Assembly: GCA_043228905.1 (NCBI GenBank)
Contig: JBHGNT010000034.1
Location: 186,001 to 250,000 of the forward strand
DNA: 64,000 nt
Direction of reading: 5' to 3'
DNA from: Azolla caroliniana
Lineage: Eukaryota > Plantae > Polypodiophyta
The position numbers and the translations under genes were made by a program. This document shows positions 12,020-25,779 of this stretch, in pieces; the first letter of the stretch is position 1, and each line of letters starts with the position of its first letter. The notes under the pieces are model-generated. The model was not told where the DNA came from. It did not search any database and saw only the letters and a list, made by a program, of their open reading frames with translations.

Positions 12020-13978
12020 ATCTTTCATATAATTACACACGAAGAGAAGTATATGATGCCTACAGATCGGATATGTTAACATCAAGTGATAAATATGTCA
12101 CTTACAATCAATTCACCAGATTGTGATCAACACAATTCACTAATGTTGTTATACTTCGGAAAGTACACATGGGGTCTATTTGTGCAAACCTGAAGAGCAT
12201 GGCTAAAGGTGCCAAAACAACAAAGGAGAAGGACATCAATAAAAAGTTATTGTAGGACCATTGAGAAGCGCAAGCCCTAGAGCGGAAAAAAGTGATGCAT
12301 CACAAAGAGAAGTCGTTGAAGAAACCAGAGAAATATATGTGTCTCATGATTGATGGTATGGACCAGAAGAAGACGTGTTTTGCCTCACCTTAGGAGGCTT
12401 CCGAAAGATGTCAACGACGAATCTCCAATTCAAATGCACTTGGTGGGTTGTTTGGGTTATAATGGGACAATTAAACCTCACATCTTCATTACTTACCCAA
12501 ATGTCCACAACAACCCCAACCTAACAATTATTGTGATTCAAAGGGTTTTGATGAATTGGGGACACCCATTGCCCCCTGTTCTCTGCATTCAATTGGACAA
12601 CACTACTAGGGAGAACAAGAATTCAACTGTCTTCGGATATTTGAGCATGTTGGTGAAACAAGGAGTTTTTAAGAAAGTTAACGTTAACTTCGTTCTGCTT
12701 GGTCACACACATGACCATATTGATCAAATTTTCAGTACATTCTGTAGATAATTGTCTCGATATGATGCTCTCACATTACCGAAGTTATTTGATGTCATTT
12801 GTGATGCATATACGCCATATCCGAATGTGATTCACTTAAAGGAGATATACGACTTTAAGAGATACATAGCAGATGGCGGGGATAAGAATGTGAAAGTGTT
12901 AGCCCAACTAAACAATATTAGCTTCAATAATGTATTCTTGATAAAGAAAAATGATATAAGTGGTTGTACATTGTTGCATGCAAAGCAATATTCATCTTCC
13001 CCATAGTGGGAGCCAGAAGGTGGTTGCCAGTTGCTGCTTCATATGCCATCTGTAACTATTGTTTATGGTGCAAAACAAATGCCGATTGAGACTAAAAAGG
13101 AAATGCACAGTGACTTGGTAGATGGACAAAGGAACTTTGGGATGCAAGTCTTACAGGACAAAAGGAAGCACATTGATATTGCAAAGAAGTATGTTGTACC
13201 ACAATCTACCTCAAGGTGGGACATGTTCTTTAGTGATCAACAAGAAATTATTGATAATTCCTTCAATGGTATTTGGCCCTTGCAAATACTATTTACGTGG
13301 TCCATACAACACATGCCTAATTCTCAAACGCCACCTCGTGCACCTAATGCGGATCTTGACAACTTGCTCCATCAACAATAGCGAGACATTTATGTGGGAC
13401 CAAGGATGACAAAAGTAGCTAAAGCTCATTGGCAAGGAAACACACAAGAAATAAAGGTTGGAATATTAATTGCCATACCTACAAATGACAATGACATGGG
13501 GCACCAAGTTTAGATTGGTAAAGTATTGGACGTGGTGATGCATGAAAACCAAAATCAGATGAAGTCTACAAAGGTGCATTGGTACAACACTAAAAGCAAT
13601 AATGCATTTACAGGCAAGTATACATTGGAGATGATAGAATGCCCAATGTCAAGAGGAAATAGAAAGCGGAAGAGAAATATTCATTACACATAGACCCTTG
13701 ACATGCAAGAGGTGGATATCATTGTGTACGACTTTACATTGACAAAAGTTGGATGTTTAAGGAAGTAAATAATAGACATAATAAATTTGAAATTGCCAAG
13801 TCTACAAGGCTTTTTAGATCGAAGGCGTACCAGATCTTCTACACATGATTTGGAGATACAACATTTGCTTTTAGATGAAGACAATGCTTTGATTAGTACA
13901 TCTGATGAGGAGGAGGATGAGTCACCATTGTATACTAGGCTCTATAGTAGTGATTGTTATGAGAGGAATAACTCTTGA
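12020..13978 (+). pseudogene. Decayed DNA transposase, Sola-like DDD family
   Basis: Reading across frameshifts and stops: YMCLMIDGMDQKK...LPPVLCIQLDNTTRENKN...FVLLGHTHDHIDQIFS...IYDFK. I associate this motif set with Sola-type (DUF7869-like) transposases. No TIRs confirmed. Confidence 0.7.
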
Positions 13979-14464
13979 TTGTATTTTTGGCATGAATGGT
14001 TAATAATATAAGCTTGTAAGAACTCGAATGATATAAAAGTTAATTGTTTTAAATCAATTGCTCCTTGTGAATATTGATTGTTATAACTTATAAACAACAT
14101 GAGTTGTTAATTTTACGGTAAAAAATATGACGTAAATTTGTGACATTTGCCTAATTTTGTGAATTTTCAATTTTATGACATGGGGAGATTTTAAGCTTTT
14201 CCATTGAGTCTTTGAGGACATGTGATACAGGTATCACATGCTTTGTGAGATGGTTAAAAAAGCCCTGAAATCAAACGGAATATTCCTTATCCTTCCAATT
14301 GATCGTGATCCTTCCACTTCTGAACGCGAACATGTTTCAATGAATATATATGACCATGAGTTTAGAGTTTTGGTAAATGTTCATAAATTTATCCCCTTTC
14401 TTTGTCGACGAGTTCCACGAGTCGCAATGCACGAACTAGGACTTGGCTTATTTAGATATCGACG

Positions 14465-15050
14465 ATGAAATTAAGCTACAAGTTTTGTGGCATTAGTGGG
14501 ATTCTCAACAAGTTTCCATGTTTGCCCCACAAGCATATAACCCTACCAATCAACAAAATAATACAATTTGTTATGCACAACTTGGAGTCCCAAATGGTCT
14601 CCACCTCATGTTTTGGACCTTCATCAAGCTCAATAAAAAGTGGACAAGGAACAACACAACATGGAATAGAGTTCGAAGCATAAGGTTCCCAGAGTGATAC
14701 ATCAAACATTGGATGAAGAAGCATATGGGGAGGGATATCAAGACGAAAAACGTCATTGATCTAGTTAGTGATTACATATGGACCGAGACATTGATAATCC
14801 AACTTGTTGCAAGACCTAGTGGTCTTTACATTACATCATAAAAGTCATATCTCCAACTCGAAATTTGGGTCTTTCTGGTGATGAGTCAAGACGATGACAA
14901 TTTGCAAATGTTGAGCACATGAATTTCTGGGAGATGACATAGACGATCCTCCACATCAAGGTTTCTGGATTCTCGCGCACTATTCAACGAGGCTAGATAC
15001 GGGTGTTGGCAAAGAAGGGAGAAAATTTGCCCGAGCTAGTTCACTTTGTT
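14465..15050 (-). mobile_element. Gypsy integrase C-terminus/chromodomain remnant
   Basis: HPMFDVSLWEPY...EGPKHEVETIWDSK and upstream KLDYQCLGPY-like motif. Confidence 0.75.
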
Positions 15051-15885
15051 GGAATGCTTCAAAGTGATTGACATCCTCTCTTGCATCTCGGCAATAAAAT
15101 GGTGTTTGGAAATGTGACCCTTGTAATCGCAAAGTGACAAGGTATATTACCATCACATGTTAACTACTAAGTGCCACTAATTAAATGAATATATGCTTAG
15201 TGGGTTTGCTTCCAATTGGGTTGAATCTTCAAAAGAGAAAGATCGCTTTATTGTGTTGTGCGCAATGTGGTGGAGAATAAAAAACAACATTACACTTATT
15301 ATGGAGCTACCTACTAAACAAAACATTCATAGATAAAATATGCACAACAATTTAAACCCAAATTTCCTTGCAAAGGTTTTGGAAAATCTTTGGGCTGGTT
15401 ATGTAGATTTTGCATGACTAGCTTAAGCAATGTTGATTTCCTCCGCAACAAAAGAACTTGAGCACCTGAACCGTTAGATAGCTCACAATTGTCTGATCTT
15501 TGGTCAAGGCCAAATTCAAGGATTTAGCTTCTTCAAACAATCTCCATTCAATTGTCTACATCTTCGGAATATCTCAACATTACATTCTTTGCTTTCACCT
15601 CGCATTGAGGTTTAGTCTCACAAGAAAAATGACATGATACCTTTTTTTCTTTTTCCTGTATACTAGTGGAGAATTTATTTTCCATCTTCTTTATGTTTTA
15701 CTAAAGCACTCGCTTATCTTTTTTGACAAATGTATTTTGCGTTAAGATTGGAATTCTTATTATTCATTGAATCGGCTAATCTAGTCTATAACTTAAATAT
15801 GTGATGCAAAAGAATGGTGTAGAAATGAGTTTTTTGAGCTAATCCTATATAATGTGTAGAGTTTGATTAGCAATCAACAATAGTT

Positions 15886-16082
15886 CAGTCCGAAAGTGTC
15901 AAACTCAACCGTTTAGAAAAATTGAAACATAAACCGAATCACAAAACTGTTTAAACCGAAACCATTACAAAAAATCCAAGCCCAAACCAAACAGTTTTAG
16001 AAACTTCCAAACATTTAAACCATTAAAACTGTAGTTTCACAATTCAGTTTTGGTTTTCAAGTGTTTTCGGTTTTGGTTTTTT
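15886..16082. repeat. Cluster of AAACCG/CGGTTT-like motifs in inverted arrangement (MITE/DNA-transposon remnant)
   Basis: AAACCG(A)-type motifs on the left, TTCGGTTTTGGTTT on the right; termini not resolved. Confidence 0.4.
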
Positions 16083-17265
16083 TGTGCATGAACATTTCTA
16101 CACAGTGTTTTCTTATGATTATGCTTACCCCACCTCTATAGTACAAGGCGAAGCTCCACCTTGTAACAAGGTTTCACACTCTTATCTTTCGATTTTGTAA
16201 GGTAAGTTTGCATACAATATTTTTTTATCTTGATCATCCTTAAATGCCAATGTGCCGTCACTATTATTATTGAAAGTGTTTCCGTTAAGTTCTGAGTTCA
16301 TGTGCATGGAAAATATTACAAAGTATTTCAATTAAACCTGCTTCTTGAAGAGATAATTTCTTTCACGATCATTATCTTGGAATTTCAGGCCTCTTTCAAA
16401 TGGATGTTCAATATTTTGTCTACTGCTGCTTCTGGTTGGGATCATTGGTCATGATGGAGCCTTCAAGCACGGTCTAATTAATAGAATCCAATCTCCCTCA
16501 ATCTGTTAGTTATGGGCACATGCTGTATGACAAAGCTTCACTGGTCCCACCCAAATGGGTGATTGAAACATAGTTTTCACTATCATTGAGAGGTCGCTCG
16601 ATGACAGGTAATATAAATAAATCTGCTTAGGTAGTCTCTGTAAGTAATCTTGCAGATGCATTCCATTTTTCTTTGCTTTTAATCCACGTTAGTTTTTCAT
16701 TACAGGCATATCTAATTTTCATTGAAATCATTGACCAGATCTCGTACTACACTGGAACATGAAATCGACAACATGTCTATTTGAAATACTTATATCTCAA
16801 CCCTGTAGATCTGAATCAGGCCACTTCATCACATATAATCTGCAGCAACAACCAGATCAGTGTTACGAGACACTTCCGTTGGGCAATAGCCTTAATGCGA
16901 TTTCTACTTCATTGAAGTGAGCTTTCACTAGAATCATTCATGTGTCCAATTCTATGCTGGCACTTTCAAGTCTTGAATCAATGTAGAGAATCCACTTATA
17001 GACAATATTCCATTCACAACACCTTAATTGGAAGATTCATTCATCTCTCAAAAGTGACCTCCACTACTTCGCCACTTCTGAACTGATAAACATTCAAGGT
17101 TCATCCGGCATATATACAACAATAGCATTGCATACACCAGCAATGTTAGTGTCACACATGACTAGTTCATCCAAGAGTAACCAATTTGTGATGTACCCTG
17201 AAATACATTAGATATGATAATGATGTGCAGACCAAGAGGCTCTTAAAAGACAATGCGCTCCTTAA

Positions 17266-19299
17266 TCAACCCATGCCCCTCATCTCGGCTTCAGCAAAAG
17301 TATTATATGCATTTGCTAGAAGTAGGAAGGCTGAAGTGTTCTTTGGATCCAACTTCCAAATGCATTCTGACACGTGTTCCGCTAGCTTCAGGTTGCCATT
17401 TATTCTGCAAGACCCAAGTAAAACCAACCATGTCTCAGCCATCGGTCTATAGGCCATTTCATCCACCATACATGATCCTTCCTCCAAGCGACCAGCTCTA
17501 CCAAGCATATCAACCATGCAAGTGTAGTGTTCTAATCGCGGCCTTATCTCATAGAGCCTAGACATGGAAGAAAACAAAGAATATCCTTCATCGACATATC
17601 CTTCATGGCTACATGCAGAGATGAGCTCAAGAAAACATACATCATTCATTTGCAAGCCCTCAGATTGCATTTTATCAATGGTTTGACGGGCTTCTTTGTA
17701 CATTCCATGTTGAGCATACCCACTTACAAGTGCGGCCCAAAGAACCATATCCCTATGGTGACAGGTATTGAATACCTTTCGTGCATTCGACAAGTCACCA
17801 CATTTACAATACATGTCAATCAATGCAGTTCCAACACAAAGATCTGAAAGGAACCCCCTGCTGGCAATGAGTACATGAAATTCTTTGCCTTTGTCTAGGG
17901 AAGCTAAGTTCATGCAAACACAAAGAGCATTGAGGAAAGTACCAATATCTGACTCTAGGCCTTCCTCGGCCATTCGACAAAAAACTTTGTATGCTTCATC
18001 CATCGACCCATTGTGAATGTGTCCCCATAGCATTGCATTTGAAGACACAGAATCTCTCACTCTTGATTTATCAAAGACATCCCGTGCACTCCCCATACAT
18101 CCACACTTAGCATACAAGTCTACTAATGCGCTCTCCATTTGTAGATTTGACTGAATACCAGCTTTCAGAATTAATGCATGAATCATTTCACCCCTTTCCA
18201 AGTCTGGAAAGCCTGCACATGCATTCAGAACGCTTAGAAAGGTGACCTCATTTGGCATGACACCCTCTCGGCACATCCTGTCATAAACATCGAGTGCTTC
18301 TGTAAAGCTCTTGTGTTTCACATACCCAACAATTATGGCTGTCCAACTAATCACATCCTTTTGACTCATCTCATTGAAAACTTCTAGGGCATGCCCCATG
18401 CTTCCGCACTTTGCATACATGTCAATCAAAGCATTGCAGATTGACATAGTTTTCTTGATCTTACTCCGTCCCATGATATCAGCATGCACTCGTTTGCCTT
18501 CCCCAAGGTCCCGAACCATAGCACAAGCTTGAAGAGCAGTTAAAAAGGTCACTTCATCTGGCTGCACACGCGTGCTTTCCTTCATGTCGTGGAAGAAGAA
18601 AAGTGCTTCTTCACCCTTGCCGAGCTTTGCATAGCCAGAGATGATGATTGTCCATGAAACAACAGAGTGAAATGGAGCCATACACAAGAAGACTCCACAA
18701 GCATCGCACATGCTGCCGCACATGGCATACACATGGATGAGCGTGTTACATACCCTGACATCCTGATTGACGCCTGTCCCGATCATGTGTGAATGCACAT
18801 CATAAGCATGTTTTAAGTTCCCAAGATGGCCACATGCTTTGAGAACACTCACAAATGTACCTTCATCGGGAACAAAGCCATTCTTTTGCATGTGGGAGAA
18901 CATGACCAATGCATATTGAGTAGTTGCATAATCATGGCTTGAAGCATATCCAGCAATCAGTGCATTCCATGCCACTACGTCCCATTCTGGCATGCATCTG
19001 AACACGTCCCATGCCATCCACAATCGCCCCTCCTTCGCGTGCATGCACAGGAGCCTCGTCTCAGCAAACATACACCTTCCTTTTCCGTTATCATTAGTGG
19101 TGGTGGTGGTGGTGGTGGTGGAGGTAGAAGTGGCTGCCATTCTTCTTGTATTCCTAGTCATCTTCCTCTCTGGATCATCTTTACGTTCCCCTCTCTCTGC
19201 TTTCTTTTCTTCCCTTGCTTTTCTGTTTTGTTCAAGCGTGACCCTGTTTGCCTTCGGACTAAGACAATCTCCGACGCACACACACCTGTATACATACAT
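17266..19299 (-). CDS. PLS-class pentatricopeptide repeat protein with E domain, no DYW (organellar RNA-editing factor type)
   Basis: Intronless ORF with repeated P-L-S motifs (WNALIAGY, NALIDMYAKCG, PNEVTFLSVLNAC) and HYTCMVDMLGRAGRLEE...WLVLLGSCRING...LLLANAY E region. True start uncertain (ATGs at 19299, 19161, 19140). Confidence 0.93.
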   Translation of the reverse strand: MYVYRCVCVGDCLSPKANRVTLEQNRKAREEKKAERGERKDDPERKMTRNTRRMAATSTSTTTTTTTTNDNGKGRCMFAETRLLCMHAKEGRLWMAWDVFRCMPEWDVVAWNALIAGYASSHDYATTQYALVMFSHMQKNGFVPDEGTFVSVLKACGHLGNLKHAYDVHSHMIGTGVNQDVRVCNTLIHVYAMCGSMCDACGVFLCMAPFHSVVSWTIIISGYAKLGKGEEALFFFHDMKESTRVQPDEVTFLTALQACAMVRDLGEGKRVHADIMGRSKIKKTMSICNALIDMYAKCGSMGHALEVFNEMSQKDVISWTAIIVGYVKHKSFTEALDVYDRMCREGVMPNEVTFLSVLNACAGFPDLERGEMIHALILKAGIQSNLQMESALVDLYAKCGCMGSARDVFDKSRVRDSVSSNAMLWGHIHNGSMDEAYKVFCRMAEEGLESDIGTFLNALCVCMNLASLDKGKEFHVLIASRGFLSDLCVGTALIDMYCKCGDLSNARKVFNTCHHRDMVLWAALVSGYAQHGMYKEARQTIDKMQSEGLQMNDVCFLELISACSHEGYVDEGYSLFSSMSRLYEIRPRLEHYTCMVDMLGRAGRLEEGSCMVDEMAYRPMAETWLVLLGSCRINGNLKLAEHVSECIWKLDPKNTSAFLLLANAYNTFAEAEMRGMG

Positions 19300-20189
19300 A
19301 TATAATAAAGAAGGCTAGTAGAGTGAGTCTGATTTGTCTTGGGTGATTGATCTTCATGCATAAAGTTCTGAGGGATCTTCTTCATTTGTGCCTACATTTC
19401 CTCCCTTTCATCGGGTTTAGGTTCTTCCTCATAGTGTCTTTTGTCCCGCATGCTTTAAGAAGGTTCTATCATTAGGAATTGTTTCAAGAATCAACTACAT
19501 GACATGCCTTCACCTTGCAAAGTTGCACTCTTCCATTGCAAACATTCTCAAGGAATGTCTCTTTTCTCTTGTTAATGTCTTTCATTCCTTAACCCATGCA
19601 ACCTATATGGTGGGGTTACACCAATCGGTAGAAACACCCATTCTTCCGATTTTTTTCCAACCACACATAGAACATATGCAAGAGAATGCTTTGGCCATGT
19701 CTCTAAAGTAGATCGGAGAGTGTCAAGCTTTACTTCAATGTCGAGTAAATATTCCAACATGTGTGTGGAGAAAGATGCAAGCCTAGGGTAGGAGATTGAG
19801 TTTCAAGTTTTCATGGAAGAAACTCAGAGTAGCATGGGTAGAAAGAAACTAAAAATAATGAGCTTCAAAGGTTGTGACATTTCAAAGTCATAGATAGTTA
19901 TAATCTTTATTTTGTTCTTGTCCTCTTTACTGAAGGGATACCATTCAAAGGAAACTTCGAATCCGCACAAGCATGAAAGATAATCAAGAAGAACTAGTTT
20001 TTTTGTGCTAGATAATACCTTCACACTTCTGGCTATCATGGACTTTGTTTCTTTGAAGATTTTCACAAAGCCTAGGTTCAATAACATGTATAATAGCTTT
20101 TGCATGACATTATCATGTATTGTGGGAGATTACTACACTATACTCTCTAGCTTAATAAGAGCTCATATGACAATACTTGAATAATATTA

Positions 20190-20916
20190 GAAACAAGGGT
20201 GAAACAAGGCTACCAAATTCTCTTCTTTCTCTATTGCCACTTTAATGAAATGGAGGACTATGTTGCATAAGTTTTCTTTATGCTTAAGGAAATGTGTTTG
20301 GCAATACCTCTAAAAATACAAATGAGTTTTTCAAGTCTGGTGTTGTGAATCATGATAACACATTGGAATAATTGTATGCACGAGTATGTAGTTTTGTACA
20401 ACGTAGAACCACCTATGAGAAAGGCATAGTGTGAAACAAGGGTGAAACAAGGCTACCAAATTCTCTTCTTTCTCTATTGCCACTTTAATGAAATGGAGGA
20501 CTATGTTGCATAAGTTTTCTTTATGCTCAAGGAAATGTGTTTGGCAATACCTCTAAAAATACAAATGAGTTTTTCAAGTCTGGTGTTGTGAATCATGATA
20601 ACACATTGGAATAATTGTATGCACAAGTATGTAGTTTTGTACAACGTAGAACCACCTATGAGAAAGGCATAGTGTGAAACAAGGGTGAAACAAGGCTACC
20701 AAATTCTCTTCTTTCTCTATTGCCACTTTAATGAAATGGAGGACTATGTTGCATAAGTTTTCTTTATGCTTAAGGAAATGTGTTTGGCAATACCTCTAAA
20801 AATACAAATGAGTTTTTCAAGTCTGGTGTTGTGAATCATGATAACACATTGGAATAATTGTATGCACGAGTATGTAGTTTTGTACAACGTAGAACCACCT
20901 ATGAGAAAGGCATAGT
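20190..20916. repeat. 243-bp tandem triplication
   Basis: Units start at 20190, 20433 and 20676 and differ at only a couple of positions. Confidence 0.97.
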
Positions 20917-23900
20917 CTGCCAGGGATACAATGGTTGAAATTTTAACCAACACAAAACACAGAACATGGGAACACAATGACATAATTATGCAGTGCCACA
21001 CATGAAAACTTACAACGTATGCAAACCGTGTAGTAATTTTAGTTGCGGTGGAGCATACTGTGTAGTAATTTCAGTCGCGGTGGATCATTCTTTTGTTTGC
21101 TCTCTATCAATGATAGATATAACCATGAGCCTTCGAGGTATCATGCAAGCATCAGGTGGTTATAAAAATCAGTGCTATCACACTTGAATGAATACATGCA
21201 AGGCTTCAACTTCATCTGGCATACATAATCCTCTGAGAAACTAATAAAATTGAACCACATTAGAATTTGCAACACCACTTAAAACTCCCATCTACAGAGG
21301 TTGTTTGCACGTGTGGTCTTGCATACATATGGATCTTTGTTATTGCTTAAAGCATGTTAAGATAGAAATGCGCATAAACTCCAGTATTCCTGAGAACACA
21401 ACATTATTAACAGTTTTCTGCAACACCACTATACTTGATATATTTTCCATTTGTATTTCATCCCATTATTAACGTATTTTACATGAATAAGACAAGTCAA
21501 AGAAAAGAAAAATATGAAGTCATGAAGTGACCCACCTGGGGGGGGAGGGGGAGAAGGTGGATATTACAGAACTTGACACCACATTTTTAGTGCCTGTAAT
21601 TCCAACTACATGAAATAGACACTGATGGGATCATAATTTGCTGGAAAATAGTGGCCACCATTAGAAGCGATTTATCATCTCCATCAACATAGCCTAGAAT
21701 GACAAAACTCTCAATGAGCCAGGGTTAGCTACGAAACTGTCTTCCTTGCTAGTATTGCTCCAAGACTCTGCCTTTGGATGCCTGTTAATATGAAAGGGAA
21801 AGCTCTTTCTTTTCTCTCTTAACGAGCCTATTGATACAAGGTCATGGGTTCAAATCGAAACATTCACAAATCATTGTAAAACCATTAACGTATTGGGATA
21901 ATGAACTCATAGTCTTGAAACAGTTGACACAGCATCTCACGTATGGGCTAATTGTGTCTCTGTTGGAGCCTGGCTAAACCTAATTAAGTTTACTGATGGG
22001 TACTCACAGATATCTCACTCAAATATTGTTGAAAATTTGAGGTACTGGTACTGGTATGAGTGAGATAGCTGAACTTGTTGGTTTCTCTGGATTGTGATGT
22101 TGGATCCCAACGAGCGGAATCTAAATATAAAATTGAGCGTACGCATAGCTGTAGAATTTAATGGCGGTGAACTAGACAAGCTAGTCACGTTGAGGGATCC
22201 AAGTACCAAGAGACAAGCTATTTGAGTTCAGGGTTTTACTGTTTTATCTGAGAGAATGGATCTAGTCTCATTGCTCGCCATATTTGATCCAGTATATATA
22301 CATGGAGAGAGTCACATTTACACGATGTCTTCTCATTGGAGGATATGCAGCTCTAGCCATGCTAGAACGATGTGATGTGTCAACAGGCACACTTCTATGA
22401 GCCCCATATCATGGTCACCCTTTCCTTATGTACGGTGCATCAATATGGGCTCCAGGCCTCACCATGTGAATGTTACACAAATAAAGTGTCCAATCGTCAT
22501 GATGCGGTCACAGGTGATAAGCAGCCAAGCATTCACCACACACGAGATCATCCAGGCTAAAGTGGCGATCGAAACATCAAAGCAAATGGCGAAATCAGAC
22601 CAGCAAACAAAATGATCACGGTTCAACAACAATGGCCTTGACATTGACAACTTGCCACCCTTTCCACATTGTACACCTCTCCAAACTGATGAAAGAAACA
22701 AGGTATTGAGGCAAGAACAGGGTATTGAGGCAAGATCTATGACAGCTCTATTATACCCAAAAATCTTGGCTCGCATCAATGGAGCCACTTTCACTGATAT
22801 GGCATACTAAAAAGATCATTAATTACATGAACTTTACTAGATTCATATAGAGATCAAGGTACTTGGACAGGTACATATCCACAGTGCTCGCATATCAATA
22901 TGCCATCTCAGAATTTCTTCCAATGAAGTAGAGATCAAGGTAGGATGAACATACCTAGTGCTAAAAGACTTTGCATATTATGTGAAGGAGAGATTGAAAG
23001 CAAGGAACACTTCTTGTGAAGGTGTGCCTAGCTTTCAACCACATCAGAGAGAAGTATACATCTCACATCAGCCCTTACATTAGCATGCAGGATGCAATGA
23101 AATCACACATCACTGATTCTTCAAAGTCTCCTTACCTCCAAAATGCCAAGGAGATGAAAGCGGACAATGGAGACCGTGAGTATCAGGATCGAAGGAGCAT
23201 GGGCCATACCAGCACCAGATCGTGGAGATCATTACTCACCATTTCAAATCCGCACAAGGATACAAAGATGAACTTGTTGCATAGATGAAGTCATCTTAAA
23301 ATAAGATGTTTAAGATGTGGATCCACCGCCCTGACATGCATCTTATACCAGATACATTTGACTTATGACGGTAATTGTTTTGCCCCAAATACTTCACTTT
23401 TATCCTGAAATATATCTGCTGGGCCAAAAATGCATCTCAAAGCTCAGGATTCCTGGCAGCAACACATCAGGAAATAGTAATCAGATAGGGAAGGGCAGTG
23501 ATTACACAGGCAGAATGGCAGGCAGCACGGTCAATGGTTTATGGTTTCAAGGAAATGGTTTTAGATGATTAATGGTTTCAATTCCGTAGAGGGAAGAGAG
23601 TGGGATATAGATAGAATAATAGGAATTTTTCGTCATGGGAATGCAGCAGAACAGAAAAGCAGCTGGACTCATTTATTGGAGCTTGGACGATCATCTACAA
23701 CTATAGGTTTGCCATCAGTTGCCTCTGTCCCTCATCCACAGACACAAAAGAGAAAGAGAGGACAAAGATCACCTGATGTTTATCTCGTTGCACTATTCAT
23801 GGTGAATTGGCTTACAAAATCTCAAAATCTCACCTACGCACTTGACCATGAGGCAAACGACCCTCACCAAATCTCAAAATGGATGGTAAAACAAGTGGAT

Positions 23901-25779
23901 ATGTACAAGTGTTGAATTGGAAGTTTGTAAGTTGCATATTAAATGTATTCTTCTGTGTCGAATTTAGAATGGTTGGCATTGTTGGAAATAGGTTAAAGGA
24001 CCTTGGCTTCACCAATAACAATAATTAATTAACATCCCTCAAATAAGTTAGCAAGGTTTTCATAATATTATTGATTTAACCTGCATTTGTAACATTCTTT
24101 CACATGAGTGGTGCAGGTGTGAGTGCTGAGGAGAGATATCAAAAAGATGAGTGAAATTATCATGGGCTTTAGGAAACATAGACCTTTTGTTTCAAAATGG
24201 ATAGCATGAATTCATTGATATCACGATTCGTCTCCTTGGCACATTTTGGCTCGCAATCCTGATTTATCCCCTAGGCACTCTTATGCAGAAATCTTGTATC
24301 ATGTCCCTCACCAACCCAGGTTTGGAACATAGATTGCAAGGTACAAGAAAATAATAAGCAGAAAACCCTCACCTGGCTAGGTGCCTGACACTATGACATG
24401 GTTTAAACAATGGTGAATAAAATATCTATAGGAGCTCTCACGTGATGCTATGAACTGTATGGAAATCGAGGATAGATTACTAGAGGTGCTAAGGGTGACG
24501 TGGCAAGATGCTGAAGTGCAAATTTTGGAATATAACACTGCAAGTGTTAATCAACAATATCAGCCCCAATATGCGATAAGAACACCAAAACGTATCCCAC
24601 CGCATCTAACCACCCACCCCATGAGGCTTGGCCCTCGGAGAGCTTCAACACTCAAGTTGCAGGACTTCATGGCATCATCACTCAAGTACGAGCATATGCA
24701 ATGAAAACATAGTGGAGGATGAATATAATTCATTTCTTCCATGCTGAGCATATAAGGTAATTCGTCAGAAGTATAATGGCTTGTTAAATGGGCATGATAA
24801 TTGAAGTGTAATAATCAAATCTTCCACAAGAATGAGAAGAATGTGCATGCATTAATTTCACATAGAGAGTTTTTACTACAGAGTAGTTAACCCGCATCTT
24901 AGAGGAGTCACGTCCATGGTCATATGTTTAACTGGTCTGTAATGTCACAATTGGCCTACTCGTGGACGATAAAAAAATTCCCCCATTCCAATATAGTGCA
25001 GATTATTCCAATCTGAAAATGACCAAAGTGGAAAAGAATACAGTTTTGGATAAATTGGATAATAAAAGAGCATAGATCAGTACCACGACATCTCTTGGTC
25101 AGAACCTGGCCCACTATAAGGCATAGTTTTGGCACACATTGGAGATGGATTCATGACGAAGCCTTCTTATGTGCATATGCATCTATTCCATGCGCACTGC
25201 ACTGTTAGGGTAGTTATGGTCCTTTTCATATGAGTTAGCGATTGCGGTAGGCAGATATGCATCCACAACTCTGGAAGAAAGAATCTGCCAATTGCACCAG
25301 CTGGAAGTAAAATTTTAAGAATGCTATGTTTGCCAATGTACTATTATTTACGAAATAAAAGGGAGATAATGCTGCCTCTTTAACCACGGCTTTGACCCAC
25401 TGACCAAGGTAATGTAGAATGAGGACCAATCATGCTCAGGGATAATTCTTGCTAGACATGTGGGATCCTGACTAATAGGGGTTATAATATCACACAATAG
25501 ACCTCATTCCTGTGAATCGTATAGAGATGAGGTAAAAAATGGGTGGGGAAAAGCCATTAGAAATGAGGTAATGGTAAAACTCCCCCACCAAAAAAGTTGA
25601 AGTCAACAAACTATAAAACATCAAAAGCTAAACTAAAGAAAGGTTGGGCTAAAATAAACAATGAAGACAAAAATGAAAATCAAAGAAAAAAAGTTTTGAT
25701 GGGAGGGGATAGCTTTGAAACAAGCACAATGACAAATAATCAAACTTCTACAAAGTATGATTGAAGAACTCAGGCGAAC

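Noticed and set aside
10900-14205. Terminal inverted repeats for the Sola-like element (GGAAAAG at 11081 / CTTTTCC at ~14196)
   Set aside because: Match is only 7 bp and does not extend; boundaries unresolved.
21200-25700. Host gene exons or TE ORFs among short ORFs
   Set aside because: Only faint LINE/copia-like words; no consistent reading frame or splice chain.
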